From Microgenomates group bacterium (GTDB lineage Bacteria > Patescibacteriota > Microgenomatia > Daviesbacterales > UBA10151): a stretch of 64,000 nt of DNA. The stretch covers positions 128,589 through 192,588 of the forward strand of contig JBAZXP010000001.1 in NCBI GenBank assembly GCA_041659805.1, read 5' to 3'. The notes under the pieces were generated by a model. That model was not told the DNA's origin. It worked only from the letters and a program-made list of their open reading frames with translations, and made no database searches. The first letter of the stretch is position 1. Each line of letters opens with the position of its first letter. Both the position numbers and the translations under genes were made by a program. Shown here piece by piece: positions 59,187-64,000 of the stretch.

Positions 59187-59771
59187 TTATTTCTTATCAG
59201 GACACCGTAAACTATCTTCAACTAAAGAAATTAATAAAGGAAATTCTTTATATGGTTGTTTAAATAAGTCGGAACCCATATGCCCTTCTTCATTGATTAT
59301 TAAAGTACCTCCGAGCTTATCGGACATCATTTTCCCCTGTTTGTCATTACAACCCCAAGGGTCATTTGCCGCATTGATGAATACAAACTCTTGGCAGTGT
59401 GCTTTTATCTTCTTCCAATCATACGATTCTTGTAAAAAATCTTTTTGCCATTTAGTAATTTTAGGATCATTTGTTGATGGCTCATACAGTCCAGCTACCA
59501 TTATTGCCAGCTTGATTTTTACATCGATGTTTTCAAGAACACTAAATATAAAAGGAACTCCAGCAGAATGTCCAATCATTACTGTTTCTTGGTTAAATTC
59601 ACCATTTTTCAAGATAAAAGGCAAAACCTCTTTAAGTTTGGGATTATCAATCCCTGGAAGCTGAGGTAGCCAAACTTTATAACCTCTTTTTTCTAATTCT
59701 TTCTTAGTGTACGGAAGCCAAAAAGATTCCTGAGTTTCTCCTGCCCCTTGTAAAATAATTGCGTTCTTCAT
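59187..59771 (-). CDS. Alpha/beta serine hydrolase (YdeN/RBBP9-like)
   Basis: IGHSAGV nucleophile elbow; ~190 aa. Confidence 0.5.
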   Translation of the reverse strand: MKNAIILQGAGETQESFWLPYTKKELEKRGYKVWLPQLPGIDNPKLKEVLPFILKNGEFNQETVMIGHSAGVPFIFSVLENIDVKIKLAIMVAGLYEPSTNDPKITKWQKDFLQESYDWKKIKAHCQEFVFINAANDPWGCNDKQGKMMSDKLGGTLIINEEGHMGSDLFKQPYKEFPLLISLVEDSLRCPDKK

Positions 59772-60097
59772 AATTCCTCCTCAGATATTAAAGGATAAAT
59801 ATCAAAAGCCACCTCTTCGTATGGGTGAACCTTTTTGATTGCTTCGATTACCTGATGAGCCTTATCTTTTGGACAAACAAACTCAACTCTTTCTTCTTCC
59901 ACCTCTTCGTACTTACCTACTTCTCCAATAGCTGGTTTTGCACCTTCTAAAGGCTTATATCTACCTGTACCAACCGAAGAAAAAGTGCAATGGCTATAAT
60001 TACCAATTATTCCAGCACCAGCATCACCAATAGCTTCCCTCACAATATCTGTATGAGTTAATGGCACAAAAACAACAATTTTTACATTACTATTCAT
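59768..60097 (-). CDS. Small hypothetical protein (possible NIF3-insert/PII-like fold)
   Basis: Weak resemblance only. Confidence 0.25.
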   Translation of the reverse strand: MNSNVKIVVFVPLTHTDIVREAIGDAGAGIIGNYSHCTFSSVGTGRYKPLEGAKPAIGEVGKYEEVEEERVEFVCPKDKAHQVIEAIKKVHPYEEVAFDIYPLISEEEL

Positions 60098-60105
60098 ATC
60101 TTGGA

Positions 60106-60885
60106 TTATACCAATAATAATCCATTCCCATATCTAAGATACTGCCCAGAAGTCATCAGCTCATGAATATAGGCATACCTCTCAAAACTGTTTCTCTGAG
60201 GTTTATCTGATTTTAAATCACAATATTTGATGATAGATGCCAAAAATATTGATAAAGATTTCCATTTAAGTTCATCGTTATCTCCTGTAACAAAATAGTG
60301 ACCCCATTTTTCACCGTTTATGTCTTTTTTTGTAATCATACCTTCTCTTAAACAAAGTATTGTTTCTGGATATTCTGCAAACTGACAAGGTTGTTTTGAC
60401 TTATACCATTTATTTAGTTTAGAGGGCGATAATTTTTCTCCACGAAAAGCAAATATTAACCCTCCTATTACTCCATGCCTTTCTGTATTGGCAATACTAA
60501 TCTTTTTTACTTTCTGAATCAGGCTAGTTGAGTCAATAAAATCTTGTTTAGAAAAGGATGTTTTTATTTTTATAACACAACATACCGCTTCGGGATAAAT
60601 AATTACAAAATCGTCATATCTAGCAAGAATACAACCGCTTTCATTTTCATCTATCACCATTAAATCTATCTGAGGGCTTATATTGTCTTTATCAAAATAA
60701 ATAAAACCAGTTTTAAGTGAAAACCTATTAGGAAGAAAGTTTTTTATTAGATCCCTTAAAACATACTCATGATAACTTCCTTTTTCTGATGGATGATTGT
60801 CTATTAGAGAATTAATTCTATCAAGCTTACTGTCTAATTCTTTTGCAAGACTTTTAAAGTAATGTTCATCCTTAATAAGTGGCAT
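60106..60885 (-). CDS. Hypothetical protein (possible PD-(D/E)xK-like nuclease fold; unverified)
   Basis: ORF only; D…E…K spacing suggestive but not convincing. Confidence 0.3.
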   Translation of the reverse strand: MPLIKDEHYFKSLAKELDSKLDRINSLIDNHPSEKGSYHEYVLRDLIKNFLPNRFSLKTGFIYFDKDNISPQIDLMVIDENESGCILARYDDFVIIYPEAVCCVIKIKTSFSKQDFIDSTSLIQKVKKISIANTERHGVIGGLIFAFRGEKLSPSKLNKWYKSKQPCQFAEYPETILCLREGMITKKDINGEKWGHYFVTGDNDELKWKSLSIFLASIIKYCDLKSDKPQRNSFERYAYIHELMTSGQYLRYGNGLLLV

Positions 60886-60922
60886 TTTGTTTAATTTGGC
60901 AGATTAAAATAATAGATTTTTG

Positions 60923-61257
60923 CTCCTCGACCAGGACTCGAACCTGGAACCTTCTCGTTACAAGTGCCCTTCTGTTACCAAAAGGCTTGGACTATCTCAT
61001 AACCGTGATCCACCAAAGTAGATTTTAGGTCCTAGGTATATAGTCTCTACACGTTTATCCTTCGACTCCGCTCAGGACTATAGTCCTAAACTTCGTTTGG
61101 GAATTTAGCTCGGGATTATCCTTCGACTTCGCTCAGGATCGTTGATCCTTTGATTAATCTTAAGGACTTCCCCGAATTAGCCCAGTTTCCATTCTGATAT
61201 TTCTATCAGAAGCTGCGATTCCCACAGCGAGCCGCTCTACCATTGAGCTATCGAGGA
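60923..61257 (-). tRNA. tRNA-Asn (anticodon GTT) interrupted by a ~263-nt intron in the anticodon loop
   Basis: Exon 1 (61224-61257) TCCTCGATAGCTCAATGGTAGAGCGGCTCGCTGT + exon 2 (60923-60960) TAACGAGAAGGTTCCAGGTTCGAGTCCTGGTCGAGGAG splice to a canonical 72-nt tRNA with loop CTGTTAA, closely resembling E. coli tRNA-Asn. Confidence 0.6.
60961..61223 (-). other. Putative group I intron in tRNA-Asn
   Basis: 5' exon ends in U pairing with internal guide GCAG (P1 CUGU/GCAG with U·G), intron ends in G, R-like GUAGAGACUAUAUACC and S-like GAGAUAGUCC able to form P7 (GACUA/UAGUC); carries an internal 25-nt direct repeat. Confidence 0.5.
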
Positions 61258-61318
61258 TTATATTTCAATTAAAAATTTATAATTTAGAATTGATAATTTA
61301 TTTAAAGTGCTAAAACCA

Positions 61319-61687
61319 TTACTCTTTTAGTTTCGACCTTTTTACAATCGTCACTAAGATTTTAATGATTTCTCTTGTCTCTTCTATGAGACTTGCTAAT
61401 TTTACCTCAGATACGAGTCCACTTTCAACAATTATTCTTAACCAGTACTCTGTCTCCTTTGCTTCCTTTAAAGATATTGTTAAGGAACGGATAAATTCTT
61501 TCTTTGAACTACAATTTTGAGCCTCCTCAATATTGGCACCAACGCTGGTTCCGGATCTAACAACCTGACTGGAAATTGCAAAACCTACTGCATTTTTAGG
61601 AAGAGAGGATGCCAATTTAACAATTCTAACTGCAAACTTAAAAGTTCTTTCTCTAATGTCAAAAATTTTTCCTGAATCATTTGGCAT
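61319..61687 (-). CDS. Four-helix-bundle protein (TIGR02436; '23S rRNA intervening-sequence protein' family)
   Basis: Family-typical length and …SLKEAKETEYWLRI… helix; directly upstream of and co-oriented with the intron-containing tRNA. Confidence 0.6.
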   Translation of the reverse strand: MPNDSGKIFDIRERTFKFAVRIVKLASSLPKNAVGFAISSQVVRSGTSVGANIEEAQNCSSKKEFIRSLTISLKEAKETEYWLRIIVESGLVSEVKLASLIEETREIIKILVTIVKRSKLKE

Positions 61688-61769
61688 TTTGTTTTAATTA
61701 TACATTCTACATTATCAATTCTATATTGAATAAAGCTTGCTAAATAGCCTCAAAAAAGGTAAAATAGAT

Positions 61770-62001
61770 TTGTTAGTTGATGCTAGAACTAGCACGTTCA
61801 TAAGACTGAACTGTGCAAAGCGCTCAACCTTCTTGAGCAAAAGACACAGATCTTCCGAAGTATCGGAGGCATCGTAGCTGTAACCAAACAGCGTTGATGA
61901 GTGCCACAAAGCATCCGGTCGGATTTTCGATTGAAATGAAGGGAATTCTTCTATACCCTGCCCAAAGGCAGGCAGGTTTTCCCTTTTAAATAAAAAATAT
62001 T
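61770..62001 (+). promoter_or_regulatory. GC-elevated structured leader ending in a terminator-like hairpin upstream of the RlpA-like gene (candidate cis-regulatory RNA, class unknown)
   Basis: Several hairpins (GCTCAA…TTGAGC, CCGAagtaTCGG) and CCTGCC-CAAA-GGCAGG + TTTTCCCTTTT about 40 nt before the start codon. Confidence 0.35.
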
Positions 62002-62043
62002 TTGTGTTTTTGCGTAGCCATTTTTAAGGCAAGGAAGTTTATT

Positions 62044-62556
62044 ATGGGAAAAGAAAAAGATTTAAAATACACAATTAGCTCTTGGGCTACTGCCGCTGTT
62101 ATTGCCGGTATTTCTTACTTACCTTTTGCCAAAAACGCAGAAGCCTTACCGTTTATTGAAATGGCAGTACAACCACAAAAACAGCTAATCCCCCCTGGAT
62201 ATCATCCTACCCAATACACCTGGACAGGAGATACCAGTTATTACACAGAGGATGGCTGTTATGGTTGCAGGGCCGACAGATTAATGGCCAACGGCAAACG
62301 TTTTGATGAAAATGCTTACACTATTGCTTTTATGAGAGCTCCGTTAGGCTCTAAAGTACTAATAACTAATGTAGCAACTGGAGAGTCTTGTGTGGCTGAA
62401 GTAACTGATCACGGAAATTTTGAAGAGAACAATCTAATTGCTGATTTATCAAAAGCAGTAAAAGAGACTCTTGGTGGAAGCAAATTAAGAATAGCTAAGA
62501 TTACCCTGCTGGAGCCAAACCCTCAAAACAGATATCGACTTCTTTGGGCTGATTAA
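62044..62556 (+). CDS. RlpA-like double-psi beta-barrel (DPBB) domain protein with N-terminal TM/signal (ORF begins 62002; likely start MGKEKD)
   Basis: SYYTEDGCYG…MANGKRFDENAYTIAFMRAPLGSKVLITNVATGESCVAEVTDHGNF matches the RlpA DPBB pattern. Confidence 0.6.
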   Translation: MGKEKDLKYTISSWATAAVIAGISYLPFAKNAEALPFIEMAVQPQKQLIPPGYHPTQYTWTGDTSYYTEDGCYGCRADRLMANGKRFDENAYTIAFMRAPLGSKVLITNVATGESCVAEVTDHGNFEENNLIADLSKAVKETLGGSKLRIAKITLLEPNPQNRYRLLWAD

Positions 62557-62568
62557 AAAATGTGAATT

Positions 62569-63663
62569 TTATTCAAGATAATCTCTGAGTTTTTTGGCTC
62601 TGGTTGGATGTCTGAGTTTTCTAATTGCTTTAGCTTCAATTTGTCTGATTCTCTCACGGGTTACTCCAAATTCTTTACCCACTTCTTCCAAAGTTCTTTG
62701 TTTTCCATCTTCTATTCCAAATCTAAGTTGCAAGACTCTTTTTTCTCTTGGGGAAAGAGAGTCCAAAACCTCATCAAGATGAGCTCTAAGTAACGCACGG
62801 GTAGCCTGTTCATCTGGTTTTAAACCTGGTGCTTCAATAAAATCACCTAACTCTGAATCTTCCTCATCCCCTACTTTGGTAGCAAGTGAAGTTGGTTCCT
62901 GAGAAACTTTAATAATTTCTCTAGCCTTTGCTGGATCAATGCCTAATTCTTTAGCAACTTCTTCTGGGGTTGGTTCGCGACCTAAATCCTGCATTAATTT
63001 TCTTTGGGCTCTGTTAAATCGATTTATAGTTTCCACCATATGAACTGGAATACGGATGGTTCTGGCCTGATCTGCTAAAGCTCTGGTGATAGCTTGTCTA
63101 ATCCACCAGGTAGCATAAGTTGAAAATTTAAATCCTCTTTTCCAATCATATTTTTCTACTGCCCGCATTAACCCCATATTTCCTTCTTCAATTAAATCGA
63201 GTAAAGACATTCCCCTACCTACATATTTTTTAGCAATAGAAACAACTAATCTTAAGTTAGCACTGATTAATTTATCTTTAGCTCTTCTTTCCCCTTTTTC
63301 AGAAGCTTTTGCTAACTCTATTTCCTGTGCTGCTGTGAGAAGTGAGACGCGACCTATTTCTCTAAGGTATTGCCTGACAGGATCAGTGACAGATCCTTCA
63401 TCCATGGAGGCTAACATTTCCAATTCTTTTTCTAAATCAGTTGTTCCCCGCTCTGCTTCTGCCACCTCTTCTGTAGTACTTTCAAAAACATCAATTGAGG
63501 ATTCAATTAATTTACCGTAAAATGCGTCTAACTCTTCTACTTTTTCCTCAGGTTTAGGGAAAACCTGTAAAATTTCTTCCTGGGTGACAAAACCACGTTC
63601 GTGGCCCAGCTTCAGGAGCTTTTTTTCATCTAAATCAGCGACTTTTGTTTTTGCTTTTGCCAT
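62569..63663 (-). CDS. rpoD: RNA polymerase primary sigma factor
   Basis: Region 2 [50 protein letters not shown], region 3 and region 4 [29 protein letters not shown]. Confidence 0.85.
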   Translation of the reverse strand: MAKAKTKVADLDEKKLLKLGHERGFVTQEEILQVFPKPEEKVEELDAFYGKLIESSIDVFESTTEEVAEAERGTTDLEKELEMLASMDEGSVTDPVRQYLREIGRVSLLTAAQEIELAKASEKGERRAKDKLISANLRLVVSIAKKYVGRGMSLLDLIEEGNMGLMRAVEKYDWKRGFKFSTYATWWIRQAITRALADQARTIRIPVHMVETINRFNRAQRKLMQDLGREPTPEEVAKELGIDPAKAREIIKVSQEPTSLATKVGDEEDSELGDFIEAPGLKPDEQATRALLRAHLDEVLDSLSPREKRVLQLRFGIEDGKQRTLEEVGKEFGVTRERIRQIEAKAIRKLRHPTRAKKLRDYLE

Positions 63664-63677
63664 ATTTATTATTTATA

Positions 63678-64000
63678 TTACAGATTTTTCAGTTTTAATG
63701 AAAGATCACGAAACCTTTTCGTTAAAACTTGTAACTGTTCCATTTTACCAAAACTCTGGGCATTTTTGATATCATCTGATAGTTTTTCTAAAGAGGCTTT
63801 AACTAAAGCCTTCTTTAACCCTGTCACTACCACATTGATTTCATCCAACCATGCCTTTGAGTTAGTTAATTTATCATCAATCTCTGTTAAATACAAGCCA
63901 TCTACTATAGGTATTAGTTCCTCAGGCAGGGTTTTAACAAAATCCGTGATTGAAAATGCTGCTGCTTTGAAGGAAATTGCATCTAAATATAATACCAGCA
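63678..64000 (-). CDS. C-terminal part of an upstream gene running off the window (possibly dnaG, by synteny with rpoD)
   Basis: Open frame continues to the window edge; position upstream of rpoD. Confidence 0.25.
   Translation of the reverse strand, partial: LVLYLDAISFKAAAFSITDFVKTLPEELIPIVDGLYLTEIDDKLTNSKAWLDEINVVVTGLKKALVKASLEKLSDDIKNAQSFGKMEQLQVLTKRFRDLSLKLKNL

Noticed and set aside
61721-61909. 62-aa minus-strand ORF in the GC-rich leader
   Set aside because: It lies in a structured non-coding-looking region with no RBS context. It is more parsimonious as part of the regulatory leader.
61770-62001. Calling the leader a c-di-AMP (ydaO) riboswitch
   Set aside because: I cannot recall or verify the conserved ydaO nucleotides in this sequence. 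Left as an unclassified candidate.
1-64000. CRISPR arrays, rRNA genes, transposase/IS elements
   Set aside because: No evenly spaced direct repeats, no rRNA-like conserved stretches and no transposase motifs (DDE/HTH) were seen. The only repeats are the tRNA trailers, the GC-rich in-frame inserts, the 23-bp direct repeat at 33498-33568 and the intron-internal 25-nt repeat.

Overview
This is an AT-rich (~33-35% GC) bacterial chromosomal segment densely packed with short genes, typical of a reduced-genome (possibly CPR/Patescibacteria-like) organism. Most of it is housekeeping: FtsH, PolA, RecF, ATP-dependent DNA ligase, Pth, TrpS, TrxB, RpoD, PyrB, IscS/IscU, IspH, Apt and MTAP. It also holds four tRNA genes and several accessory-looking loci. 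The most notable observations, all read directly from the sequence, are: (1) a tRNA-Asn(GUU) gene interrupted in its anticodon loop by a ~263-nt group-I-like intron, with a four-helix-bundle (rRNA-IVS-type) protein gene immediately upstream; (2) two oppositely oriented tRNA(CAU) genes, each followed by a terminator and a homologous ~120-nt trailer element that ends in an exact 16-17-nt copy of that tRNA's 3' end, bracketing a HigB/HigA-like toxin-antitoxin islet; (3) GC-rich, in-frame, hairpin-containing insertions that share a CTGACGA-N-TGACAG motif inside both recF and polA; (4) a tRNA-Ile(UAU); (5) frameshifted Nudix and aspartate-racemase genes; (6) a pyruvate kinase reduced to the barrel domain; (7) an archaeal-type isopentenyl phosphate kinase next to IspH and a polyprenyl synthase; (8) an EndoQ-like PHP nuclease next to the ATP-dependent ligase; (9) a membrane-anchored VirD4/TraD-like ATPase operon beside a tyrosine recombinase and the tRNA-Ile gene. 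No CRISPR array or rRNA gene was seen. All calls rest on motif recognition by eye; no database search was possible.
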